Source of the DNA: an uncultured Gammaproteobacteria bacterium
Lineage (GTDB): Bacteria; Patescibacteriota; Patescibacteriia; Patescibacteriales; Patescibacteriaceae
Reading direction: 5' to 3'
Assembly: GCA_964611115.1 (NCBI GenBank)
Contig: CAZSWO010000001.1
Location: 20,309-84,308, forward strand
Length of the DNA stretch: 64,000 nt
Shown here one piece after another: positions 46,137-55,143 of the stretch. Below the pieces are notes generated by a model, which was not told where the DNA came from, ran no database searches, and was given only the letters and a program-made list of their open reading frames with translations. The translations under genes were made by a program, and so were the position numbers. The stretch's first letter is position 1. Each line of letters starts with the position of its first letter.

Positions 46137-47384
46137 TTAATTACTCTGCCATTCCTTGCCTTGACGTACTAACAGTCTATCAGCTTCTTCGGGATTTGTC
46201 ATCAAACGCTTAACTATTTTTTCCATTCGAGCGGCCTGCGACCCTTTAATATAGAGCAGATCTCCCGCTTCTATTTTGTCAGCTAGATAGTCGGCTGCCT
46301 GTTCAGAATTCTCAAACCAAAGTTTTGAAACACCCTTAGCTTCATCACCGACCGCAACTACAAAATCAGAAATTTCCGCCGCTGTTTTGGCAACATCAAG
46401 ATGGCTTTGTTTAGTAGCATCGCCCAGTTCTTTCATCGCTCCAATAATAATCCAGACTCGTTTTTTCTTTTCAGTCGGAACTTCTTGCAGGGCCTTTAAA
46501 CCTTCAAAAACAGAATCCGGTGACGAGTTATAACTATCATCAATAATTAATGAATTATTTTTTCCGGAAATCAATTGCATCCGTCCCGCCGGTTGCTTTA
46601 CTTCTCGCAAAGCATTGGCAATATCGAGTCCGTTAATATCATAGGTAGCAGCAGTTGCCGCTGCGGCCAATGCCGCATATATCGCGGGACGTCCGAGAGC
46701 GCTCGGTAAAATTACCGGAATGGTTGAACCTTTATAAATCAATTTAAATCCCTGACCAACAATTCCTTCTCCGTTAATGACGAGCGATGCCTGCTCGGCT
46801 CGCACTTCTGCTCCTTCACTAAAGCCAAAGCCAATTGAACGTTTAGTGCTTTTTTCTACAAGGCTACTTAATTTGTCATCATCCGCATTATAAATAATCC
46901 AGCCGTCTTCACTAAGGGCTTCGGCTAGCTTGAATTTTTCGGCATGTAATTCCTCCAATGATTTAAAAAACTGAAGATGAGCGGTTCCGAGTTTTGTAAT
47001 CACGGCGCGGGAGGGACGAGCGATTTCAACCAGATAGTTCATATCACCCGGATGATCAATTCCCATTTCCAGAATCAAACATTCCGGATAATCACTTGAT
47101 GCTCCTCGAGCTAAAAGACGAGCTTGTTTAAAAACCTCTAACCAACCCGACAGCGAACGTCCAGGCGAAATTTGTCCGAGTATCGTCAGCGGCAAACCAA
47201 GTTCGTTATTATAGTTTTTATATGTTTCGCGCAACTTAAAATGCGACGCCAAAACTTTGGCAATCGCCTCTTTGGCGCTCGTTTTACCTACGCTGCCGGT
47301 TATCCCGACTATTTCCGGACGGTAAGCTCCGATAACGCGACGGGCATAGCGAGCTAGTATAGCTTGAATGAATTTTAAAATCAT
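46137..47384 (-). CDS. murF: UDP-MurNAc-tripeptide--D-Ala-D-Ala ligase
   Basis: GITGSVGKTSAKE, YNNELGLPL, LEMG.DHPG, AH..FF, GRM, IIDDSYNSSP, GAMKELG, KGSQ. Confidence 0.95.
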   Translation of the reverse strand: MILKFIQAILARYARRVIGAYRPEIVGITGSVGKTSAKEAIAKVLASHFKLRETYKNYNNELGLPLTILGQISPGRSLSGWLEVFKQARLLARGASSDYPECLILEMGIDHPGDMNYLVEIARPSRAVITKLGTAHLQFFKSLEELHAEKFKLAEALSEDGWIIYNADDDKLSSLVEKSTKRSIGFGFSEGAEVRAEQASLVINGEGIVGQGFKLIYKGSTIPVILPSALGRPAIYAALAAAATAATYDINGLDIANALREVKQPAGRMQLISGKNNSLIIDDSYNSSPDSVFEGLKALQEVPTEKKKRVWIIIGAMKELGDATKQSHLDVAKTAAEISDFVVAVGDEAKGVSKLWFENSEQAADYLADKIEAGDLLYIKGSQAARMEKIVKRLMTNPEEADRLLVRQGKEWQSN

Positions 47385-47396
47385 GGCGGTACTATA

Positions 47397-49493
47397 CTAC
47401 TTTTTTGTCTTAGTTTCAATAGCTCGCTCCTGCTTCATCTGCCAGTGATTAATCAAGAACTTTGTAATATCATGAGCCAAGGGAACGGCTGTTCCTTCAG
47501 CATAACGGGAGGATTGAGGACTATCAATTTTTGTAAGAATGACAAAAGACGCATTGGTTGAAGGAGCGAAACCAATGAAGGTGTGATTATGACGATTACT
47601 GTAACCTTTTGAATTTGTGGCCGCGACCTGAGCGGTTCCGGTTTTACCCGCAATATAATATCCGGGAATTTTAATTTCTTTAGAGTGTCCGTTTTCAACA
47701 ACGTTTACGAGCATACCGGAAAGAATCGCCGCTGTTCGTTCAGAGATTGCTCGACGAATAACCGAGGGTTTCGTTTCGTAACGAGTTCCGTCCGGCTCAA
47801 TAATTTCTTTTACGATGTACGGTTTCATAAGCTCGCCGCCATTGGCGATTGCGGCATAGGACATCGCCATCTGCAGGGGCGTAACAGTAATTCCCTGTCC
47901 GAATGATGCGGTAGCAGCAGAAATTTCTTTAACACGGATTCCCGTAATATTACGAATGTCGCCCGAACTTTCACCTTCGAGTTCAATGCCGGTTTTTTCA
48001 CCGAAGCCGAATTTTTTTACATAGTCAGCAAAGGTTTGATGGCCGACTTGTTGCATTGCAAAAATTGCACCGGTATTCAACGATTGCTCAAGAACTTTCA
48101 CCATTGTTGTTGTTCCCCAACCGCCGTGCGTTTCAAAGTCAGAGTTTTTAATCGGCTTTGGCCAACCCTTAATCATAATCTGACCATTGTCTTGATAGGT
48201 TGTTTCCGGTGTGACCTTGTCAGTATCGAGTGCGGCGGCCATAGTTATCGCTTTAAATACCGAACCGGGTTCGTATTGATCGAAGACCGCCGGATTATTA
48301 AAAACCTTGATATTGGCAACGTCTTGATAATTATTCGGATCGAAATCCGGCGCTGAACACATTGCGAGGATTGCTCCCGTCTTTGGTTCGATAACAATAA
48401 CGCTGCCTCCGAGCGCTTTGTATTTTGCAACCGCGTCATTGAGCATTCGACAGGCGGTAAATTGCGCGGAACGATCAATCGTCAACACTAAACTTGCTCC
48501 ATCTTCTTTTTTAACGTATTGACGATCGTTAACAATCACAAGTCCACCGGCGCCGCGCTCGGCGGTAACCGAGCCGTATTTGCCGAACATTTCTTGATCA
48601 AAAAATCCTTCGAGTCCGTACTTACCGTGCTGTTCTTCATTATCTTCATAACTGGCAAAACCTAGGATATTCGCTCCGATATTATTCTCCGGGTAATAAC
48701 GAAACGGCGCGAGCGAGAAACCAAAACCCTCTATTTCCAATTCAACGTTCGATTCTTTTGTTATCTGAATCGTTTCGCCTTTTATTTGAAGATCAGCCGC
48801 GCTTAAGTCATTGCGGCCCGTCATGAATATATAAAATGCTTTTAACTTTTCATCTTCAACCTTGCGTTCGATCGGTTCATAAATATCTTCCGCTTGATCA
48901 AGCTTACTACTATACTCGGCAATAATTTTTTCTTTCTCAATTCTAATCAACTCATCGCGCCGATCAGCTTCAAGCTGAAGCCAAAGCGCGTCAACCATCA
49001 AAGCCTCGTGCGCCGCTTTTAATTCCGCCTCTCTAGCAATGCGCTCGGCATCCGGCAATTCAACGGCTGTCTCTAACTCTTTTTTGAGTCGTTCTTCCCG
49101 TTCTAATTTTATAATTTCATCAGCTTTTTTTTCTACACTCGCTTTTTTAAAAAATTCATACAACTTTTCTGAAACCCCCGCCGGATCACTGACTAATTTT
49201 GGAATTGCATACACCAAAGCAAAATTCTTATTAACGGCAATCGGGTACATTTCCGAAGAATTCGTCAAGGCATTGTCTTGTATAAAAATCTTGCCTCGCT
49301 CCGGTAATAGCTCGTATGATGTTTTATGCTGTCCCTCGGCAAGAGCGGTATAACGGTCATTGTCGGCAACTTGAATATAAATAAGCCGTCCGATTAAACA
49401 GAGGGCAAATAAAAAAACAGCCGACGCGACAAAGGCCACGCGGCCGTTGCTCATTTCAACTGTTACCTGTCTTTTACTTCTTAGCCACGACAT
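47397..49493 (-). CDS. ftsI: Class B penicillin-binding protein (FtsI/PBP3-like) with a charged helical insertion
   Basis: ERGKI, RYYP, GKYGLE, LTID, SxxK (GSVFK), SLN, KTGTAQ; follows rsmH-ftsL. Confidence 0.9.
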   Translation of the reverse strand: MSWLRSKRQVTVEMSNGRVAFVASAVFLFALCLIGRLIYIQVADNDRYTALAEGQHKTSYELLPERGKIFIQDNALTNSSEMYPIAVNKNFALVYAIPKLVSDPAGVSEKLYEFFKKASVEKKADEIIKLEREERLKKELETAVELPDAERIAREAELKAAHEALMVDALWLQLEADRRDELIRIEKEKIIAEYSSKLDQAEDIYEPIERKVEDEKLKAFYIFMTGRNDLSAADLQIKGETIQITKESNVELEIEGFGFSLAPFRYYPENNIGANILGFASYEDNEEQHGKYGLEGFFDQEMFGKYGSVTAERGAGGLVIVNDRQYVKKEDGASLVLTIDRSAQFTACRMLNDAVAKYKALGGSVIVIEPKTGAILAMCSAPDFDPNNYQDVANIKVFNNPAVFDQYEPGSVFKAITMAAALDTDKVTPETTYQDNGQIMIKGWPKPIKNSDFETHGGWGTTTMVKVLEQSLNTGAIFAMQQVGHQTFADYVKKFGFGEKTGIELEGESSGDIRNITGIRVKEISAATASFGQGITVTPLQMAMSYAAIANGGELMKPYIVKEIIEPDGTRYETKPSVIRRAISERTAAILSGMLVNVVENGHSKEIKIPGYYIAGKTGTAQVAATNSKGYSNRHNHTFIGFAPSTNASFVILTKIDSPQSSRYAEGTAVPLAHDITKFLINHWQMKQERAIETKTKK

Positions 49494-49749
49494 CTTGATT
49501 CCAGCTTAGATACTGAACGTTATCGGCTGCAACCAGCTGCAAGGACTGGATTCTTGAACTTAGACTCTGATAGGAGCCCAGGGTCGAAATGGCCCCTTCC
49601 ATCGACTGTCTCTGATCGGTCAATTCATTGGCACGAGATTTAAGATCTTTAAATAAAAACCCCTTGGTTGACAGGTCGGTAACAACGAAAAAGTGCGCAA
49701 TTGCCGTTGCTCCAACTAAGACGGCAAGGAAGAAGTTAAATCGACTCAT
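49474..49749 (-). CDS. FtsL-like bitopic coiled-coil protein
   Basis: TM helix followed by a coiled coil; lies between rsmH and ftsI. Confidence 0.65.
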   Translation of the reverse strand: MSRFNFFLAVLVGATAIAHFFVVTDLSTKGFLFKDLKSRANELTDQRQSMEGAISTLGSYQSLSSRIQSLQLVAADNVQYLSWNQDVVAKK

Positions 49750-49773
49750 ATTTTTATTTTTTGTTTTTTTATT

Positions 49774-50724
49774 TTATAAAATGATAGCGGCGCGAAGCTT
49801 TGCGCTGCGGGACCGAGGATTTTGCTTAATTTCTTCGGGTCCGGGTAAAACTGCTTTCTTTGTAAGAACCTTGAGCCAAGCTTTGTGACCGCAGACACAA
49901 ACCGGAGCATCGGGCGGACAGAGACAGTCTTTTGCTTCCTGCCTAAAGAAATGTTTTACAATGCGATCTTCAAGGCTATGAAACGATATAGCAACTATCC
50001 GAGCGCCCGGTCTAAGCAGTGAATTTAAATTTGTTAAAAGTTTTTTTAAATTTCCAAGCTCATCATTAGTAGCAATCCGTAGCGCTTGAAAGGTTCGTGT
50101 CGCGAAATGAATCCGCTGTCGCTTGTACACTCCCGGAACTGCCGCACTTATCGCTTCGACCAACTCTTTCGTCGTTGTGATTGCTTTTTCCTTGCGGCGC
50201 TGAACAATTGAGGCTGCGATTTGTTTCGCGTATCGTTCTTCACCGTAATCCCGTAGAATGGCCGTTAACTCCGAAGCTGACATCACATTAACAATCGATT
50301 CAGTCTGATCGGCCGGGATTAAGGAACCAAAGGCCATACTCAACGGCGCATCTTGTAGAAAAGAAAATCCTCGATCCCGATCTTCGAGTTGAGCTGATGA
50401 TAGCCCCAGATCAAAGACAAGGCCAGAGACGCGAGCGAGCGACGAGTCGCCGAGCTCGCTTTCAATAACTCTTTGTAATTCCTTAAAATTGGCATGTCTT
50501 ACTACTACATTACTAACGCCCTCGCGGGCAATCTTTAATTTGGCATGATTAATGGCGCTTTCATCCAGATCAATCGCAATCACTTTTCCGTCGCTTCCAA
50601 CGCGCTTCGCTATTTCAAAGGTGTAACCTCCGCCGCCTAGAGTACAATCAACGATGATTTCTCCCGGCTTCGGATCTAGATACTGCATCGCCTCTTCGAG
50701 CATGACTGGTATATGACGATACAT
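49774..50724 (-). CDS. rsmH: 16S rRNA m4C1402 methyltransferase
   Basis: HIPVML.E, DCTLGGGG, DLGLSS.QL...RGFSF, TRTFQALRI..N.EL, SFHSLEDR, NPRSRSAKLR. Confidence 0.98.
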   Translation of the reverse strand: MYRHIPVMLEEAMQYLDPKPGEIIVDCTLGGGGYTFEIAKRVGSDGKVIAIDLDESAINHAKLKIAREGVSNVVVRHANFKELQRVIESELGDSSLARVSGLVFDLGLSSAQLEDRDRGFSFLQDAPLSMAFGSLIPADQTESIVNVMSASELTAILRDYGEERYAKQIAASIVQRRKEKAITTTKELVEAISAAVPGVYKRQRIHFATRTFQALRIATNDELGNLKKLLTNLNSLLRPGARIVAISFHSLEDRIVKHFFRQEAKDCLCPPDAPVCVCGHKAWLKVLTKKAVLPGPEEIKQNPRSRSAKLRAAIIL

Positions 50725-50731
50725 AATATTT

Positions 50732-51157
50732 TTAAATCTCTCCTAAAGCTTCAGCGATTTGATTGGTTTGCTTTTCGGTTGATTTTTTATAATTGTTCCA
50801 AGCCATCTCATCCCAGATTTCCAATCGGTTGTATAAACCGGCAATTACCGCCTTCTTAGAGAGCTTGGCAAAACTTCGCAAATGTTCCGGCAATGTAATG
50901 CGTCCCTGATTGTCAAAATCAGCGTCGGCGGCGCCGGCTAGAATGAAACGAGCAATAGTTCGATCATTCGTTTTGTTAAACGGCAAAGCGGAAATCTTCT
51001 CGGCAAGCTTCGCCCATTCCTTTTTCGGATACAACACTAAACAATTATCCAATCCTTTGGCTACGACCGAACCGCCGCGCAAAAGTTGGCGGAATTTAGC
51101 CGGAACAGCGAGCCGTCCCTTGTCGTCGAGCGTATGATTGTATTCTCCGATAAACAT
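50732..51157 (-). CDS. mraZ: Division/cell wall cluster repressor MraZ
   Basis: MFIGEY.HTLDDKGRL..P..FR, D.QGRI.LP..LR. Confidence 0.98.
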   Translation of the reverse strand: MFIGEYNHTLDDKGRLAVPAKFRQLLRGGSVVAKGLDNCLVLYPKKEWAKLAEKISALPFNKTNDRTIARFILAGAADADFDNQGRITLPEHLRSFAKLSKKAVIAGLYNRLEIWDEMAWNNYKKSTEKQTNQIAEALGEI

Positions 51158-51184
51158 TCATTTTAGGAGCGGGTTTGCAGCTTA

Positions 51185-51262
51185 TCCACAATTCCCCACT
51201 TTTCCCCTTTACTATTTAATTTTACACCATTTTTCCACCTCGGTCAATCATCATCCCCCACC
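51185..51262 (-). promoter_or_regulatory. Probable MraZ-binding direct repeats
   Basis: GTGG-N6-GTGG with a 10-nt period (51199/51189) and further GTGG copies at 51238 and 51261 upstream of mraZ. Confidence 0.55.
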
Positions 51263-51352
51263 AATATTTTCTTCACTTTTGTTAGATATTTCAGCAATTA
51301 TAAAAAGCGCCTCTGACTTATGCACAGGCGCTTCTAAATTAGTGGTGTAAAA

Positions 51353-51700
51353 CTATTTCTTTTTAGTAATACTGGGGCCGCGGGCGTACCTAGGCTTGGC
51401 GAGCCGTACCTTCCCCTCTTTCGGAATAGCGAGGGCGGCGCCGGTCGCGTACGCAAGAGCGTTCGCGGTCGTTACGCCGATGCGCAAAGCCGTAAAACCT
51501 TCGCCTTCGTTCTCAACAAGGATCTCAGTAATCTCTGATAACTTTAGTTTCTTTCGCTTCAACATTGCCTCAAGCTCCGGTAATAATTTTTCAGCCTGTC
51601 TATGCTTAGCCTCGATCGTTCGAGTCGCAACAACCTCCTTCCCCAACCTAAGTTCGAGAATTAATTCAGTATGTGATGCGGTTGAGATATATAATTTCAT
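51353..51700 (-). CDS. tsaB: Short TsaB-like t6A biosynthesis protein (N-terminal domain only)
   Basis: LYISTA, QAEKLLP, GEGFTALRIG...ANALA. Confidence 0.8.
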   Translation of the reverse strand: MKLYISTASHTELILELRLGKEVVATRTIEAKHRQAEKLLPELEAMLKRKKLKLSEITEILVENEGEGFTALRIGVTTANALAYATGAALAIPKEGKVRLAKPRYARGPSITKKK

Positions 51701-51729
51701 ACTGACAATGTATCATAGCGTAGAAAATT

Positions 51730-51765
51730 AAAAAACCCCTGTTTAATGTTTTCATTAAACAGGGG
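51730..51765 (-). terminator. Rho-independent terminator
   Basis: CCCCTGTTTAATG-aaaa-CATTAAACAGGGG followed by a T run. Confidence 0.85.
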
Positions 51766-51792
51766 CACCTCAAAGAGGATTTTTAAGAACTA

Positions 51793-52980
51793 TTACATTC
51801 CGACAAAAGGCATTCTTAGGTGCCAACCGCCGTATTGTGCTTCGTTAACCGCATAAATCGATCCATTGTAGTTTGCATCGATATTATTTTGTGCAGTATT
51901 TTCACAACCGAATCTTATTCTGGTGTAAGTACCCAGAGTTGTAATATAAGACTTTGATATTTCTATCACATACCATCCTGATCCGTTGGTCTGATATGCG
52001 CGTGTTGTTACTTCCTGATTATTCGGTGTTACCCATTGCGAATTCTTATATATCAAGAACCATGGATTAAACCCTGATGCATCGGTAACGTTGTTCATAT
52101 ACAAATATACTCTGTATGTTGTTGGGGTACTTTCCCAACGAACAACTTTATTCGATGAACCATCGCCAGAATTGCCTGGCAGAGGAATAGTAACTGTTCC
52201 CCATTTGTTAACTGTACCGCCGAAATAAACCACCCTCAGCTTACCATTTCCGAAATATGTACTTGAATCAAGTGCGGCATACTGCCATTGGTTCAAAGGA
52301 ATTGATTGACTTCCGTAACCGCCGTAGCTTTGCTCGGTTACAGTGTCCCACATCTGTTTCTGCTTTGTCCAATATGGCTTCTGGTTTATCATTATTGAAT
52401 CAACACCCATTGTATCTGCCACCCATTGCGATGGATGATTAAATACAACAAAGGGGCTGCTGGAATTTGAGCCTGTGAACCACAGTTTGTTATATCCTGT
52501 TGGATAAACGAACTTTCCGTTAGCGGGGTTGAAATATGGTGGTGCATAAAGCATAAAGTGCTCGCCGCGCGGTCCGCTGCTTCCTCCATTATTCGGTCCA
52601 ATATGAATATAACCATATGTCGAATCAGAATTTACCGGTCCATGAACAACCAAGCTGACCATAAATTTACCGGTATCATTACTGTATATATGAGTTACAT
52701 CCCGGGTTGTATAAGTGTTCGGATTATTTCCAAACATTCTCCATGTTCTCGAAGTACTGTTTGGATCATTATCAGAAAAGTTAACCGGCCCCCCTGAATC
52801 AAGATAAACGGTTTCACCTTCACCAATTAAAGTTTGCCCAACTTTGATATCGGCATGAACCATTTCAGAGGAAACATTGTTTACGCCAAGTCCGGTTGAA
52901 TCATCAGAACAACCTGTGAAATACGGTGAAGCTATTGCCATCATGGCAATCATTATGATGAAAAATGATAATTTTTTCAT
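51793..52980 (-). CDS. Putative lipoprotein with a PKD-like domain (ORFan)
   Basis: MKK-hydrophobic-FTGC lipobox followed by SDDS; PKD-like FSDN....RTW....VTHIYS..G.F.VSL; AAGGAG SD. Confidence 0.7.
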   Translation of the reverse strand: MKKLSFFIIMIAMMAIASPYFTGCSDDSTGLGVNNVSSEMVHADIKVGQTLIGEGETVYLDSGGPVNFSDNDPNSTSRTWRMFGNNPNTYTTRDVTHIYSNDTGKFMVSLVVHGPVNSDSTYGYIHIGPNNGGSSGPRGEHFMLYAPPYFNPANGKFVYPTGYNKLWFTGSNSSSPFVVFNHPSQWVADTMGVDSIMINQKPYWTKQKQMWDTVTEQSYGGYGSQSIPLNQWQYAALDSSTYFGNGKLRVVYFGGTVNKWGTVTIPLPGNSGDGSSNKVVRWESTPTTYRVYLYMNNVTDASGFNPWFLIYKNSQWVTPNNQEVTTRAYQTNGSGWYVIEISKSYITTLGTYTRIRFGCENTAQNNIDANYNGSIYAVNEAQYGGWHLRMPFVGM

Positions 52981-53020
52981 TATTTAATTACTCCTTTTGT
53001 TTGTTTTTTATTGGAATTTT

Positions 53021-53803
53021 TTAATTTGTGATTATCGGTACCTCAAATGTCCCTTGGGGATTGAGGAGAATCGAATTCTCTTTTGCACCTTTGGGCCAGG
53101 TCTTTTCTCCCGATGGGAGATAAGCTCCAAAACCCAAACGTTCAACATTATAATACTTTTCACCGTTTTCATCCTGATAAAATACATGATCAAGATCTTC
53201 GGAGATGCATCCCCAGCCCCAGCTGTTAATTATAGTAACCTCTTTCTCTTTCCACTTGCGCGAGGAAAGTTGAACGAACGGCACCATCGCCGGGTCAATT
53301 ATTGTCATTGTGTTGTAATTAAAATAAAGGTAAACTTTTCCCCCTTTTTTATCAACATCAACACCGATATATGAATCACCGTATTGTCCTAAAAACAATG
53401 GCTTAAACAGATCGTTTGTAATAATTTGTCCATCAACTAAGCCAATAAGAAGAAGTCCGGACTCTTCATCAAAGCATGGTTGCTTTGCTAAAAGCGGATT
53501 CCACTTCTTTTCAAGTGATGTCCAATAACATTTCAGTAAAATGTTCCAGCCGATATATGTATATTCAACTAGCCCATTTCCGTCCGAATCAAAGATCTCT
53601 ATCTTACTCCAAGTAGTTATGCCATTCTCTTCTACAAGAGGAAGCATATCGCCTGAAATAATATTTGTACCTTTTAATTGCGGAACCTCGAGCACGTACT
53701 TGCCCATTTTATTGGACAATTCTTCGTAGCTCTTTAAGACTTGTGCATCTACTCTTGGCATTAGAAACAATGCGAAGAGTATTACAACAAATACTTTTTT
53801 CAT
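53021..53803 (-). CDS. Secreted beta-rich hypothetical protein (ORFan)
   Basis: MKK-type signal peptide ending VDA-Q; AGGAG SD. Confidence 0.7.
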   Translation of the reverse strand: MKKVFVVILFALFLMPRVDAQVLKSYEELSNKMGKYVLEVPQLKGTNIISGDMLPLVEENGITTWSKIEIFDSDGNGLVEYTYIGWNILLKCYWTSLEKKWNPLLAKQPCFDEESGLLLIGLVDGQIITNDLFKPLFLGQYGDSYIGVDVDKKGGKVYLYFNYNTMTIIDPAMVPFVQLSSRKWKEKEVTIINSWGWGCISEDLDHVFYQDENGEKYYNVERLGFGAYLPSGEKTWPKGAKENSILLNPQGTFEVPIITN

Positions 53804-53905
53804 TTTTTTACTCCTATTATTTGATTTTTTAATTTACTTTCCTTTGATTTTCGAATTACGTTTCACGAATCGAGCGACTCATGAAACGTCTAACCGAGAA
53901 CCAAC

Positions 53906-55081
53906 TTAGAATAAGGGAATAATGCGCGAGAGCTGAGCTACTAGATTCTTAACGCGATTTGATAAGAATCGTTGCGCGACGGCTTGAGCATACACAATTT
54001 CAGTCTTTCCCGTAATCGCCCGCCAATCATATAAAAGTTTGACGCGTTCTTGAGCGGCCTTACCAAGATTGCTTGCCAGCTCAGAATCGGACAACAGAGC
54101 AGTTAAGACGCGAGCCAAGTCAACCGGATCAGTATTATCGAAAATTGCCGCTGTTTTTCCAACTGCTTCAAGATTTTCAGTAATATTTGAAACGACGATT
54201 GTCTTTGCGCGAGCCATAGCTTCTAAAAGTGCCAACGATAATCCTTCTGATTCCGACGGCTGAACGAAGACACAGGCGTTGTCATACAAAGCAGCTAAGG
54301 TTTCGCCAGTTTGGGTGCCGGTAAATATAATATTTGAGTTATGAGCGGCACGAGCCTTAAGCTGACCGACATATTCATCAGTAAACGCACCGTCGCCAAC
54401 AATGACCAATTTCTTGTCCGTCTTAAGTATTTCATAAGCATCAACCAAATGATCGAGGCCTTTGTGCTTAATTAAACGAGCCACTGCAAGAATATACGAG
54501 TTTTTTTCAATCTGCCATTGAGACAATAATGAAACATCGCTGCCGCTTTCAGGAATTACCGCACCGTTAGGAATAACGGTTGATTCGATTCCGTAGAATT
54601 TCTCAACATGTTGAGAAATCGACTTGGTTGCGACAATTAATTCGTCAGAGAAATAGCACATTGAACGTTCGCCGAGTTTAAGGGCAAAGCGAGCAAAGGC
54701 TCCCCACTTCTGATGTTCATAGTCGCGGCACTGCAGAGTTGAAACAACCTTTAACGTGCGGCTGAACAATTTCGGGATCCAAGCGAGCAAGGCCGGACCG
54801 ATGCTTTGGTAGTGAGCGATATCGACGCCGCGGCGTAAGACATCAAAACTTGCGAATAAGGTGTGAGTGATTGCATCAAGATGTTTTGTTCCGATCGACG
54901 GCAGGCTGACGAGCGTAACTCCTTTATAAGAAGTTAACTCTTTCGGTGTATAGTTTGGTCGTGTATAGACAATGACCTCGTGACCGAGGCTCGCCAAACG
55001 AACGGAAAGTTCTTCAACATACCGTTCGACGCCGCCAACATGGGCGGGAATACCTTTTTGTCCGATAAACGCGATTTTCAT
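53906..55081 (-). CDS. Glycosyltransferase family 4
   Basis: IGQKGIPAHVGGVE, VARLIKHKG, PSESEGLSLALLEAM. Confidence 0.95.
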   Translation of the reverse strand: MKIAFIGQKGIPAHVGGVERYVEELSVRLASLGHEVIVYTRPNYTPKELTSYKGVTLVSLPSIGTKHLDAITHTLFASFDVLRRGVDIAHYQSIGPALLAWIPKLFSRTLKVVSTLQCRDYEHQKWGAFARFALKLGERSMCYFSDELIVATKSISQHVEKFYGIESTVIPNGAVIPESGSDVSLLSQWQIEKNSYILAVARLIKHKGLDHLVDAYEILKTDKKLVIVGDGAFTDEYVGQLKARAAHNSNIIFTGTQTGETLAALYDNACVFVQPSESEGLSLALLEAMARAKTIVVSNITENLEAVGKTAAIFDNTDPVDLARVLTALLSDSELASNLGKAAQERVKLLYDWRAITGKTEIVYAQAVAQRFLSNRVKNLVAQLSRIIPLF

Positions 55082-55111
55082 AGTTTATAATGGTTTTTTG
55101 AGTAATATATA

Positions 55112-55140
55112 ATTATAACACCTATATATACCTTTGTCAA
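55112..55140 (-). promoter_or_regulatory. Consensus sigma70 promoter
   Basis: TTGACA-17-TATAAT with a TG extension. Confidence 0.85.
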
Positions 55141-55143
55141 GTA

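Noticed and set aside
3899-50724. Upstream-extended starts in the ORF track (5827, 8019, 16748, 21146, 24068, 32809, 35080, 42529 and others)
   Set aside because: They overlap upstream genes or the tRNA; downstream starts abutting the previous stop fit the family N-termini better
53858-53894. Integron attC site (GTTAGAC next to a hairpin)
   Set aside because: No matching RYYYAAC partner upstream, no attC after the cassette genes, and no intI in the window
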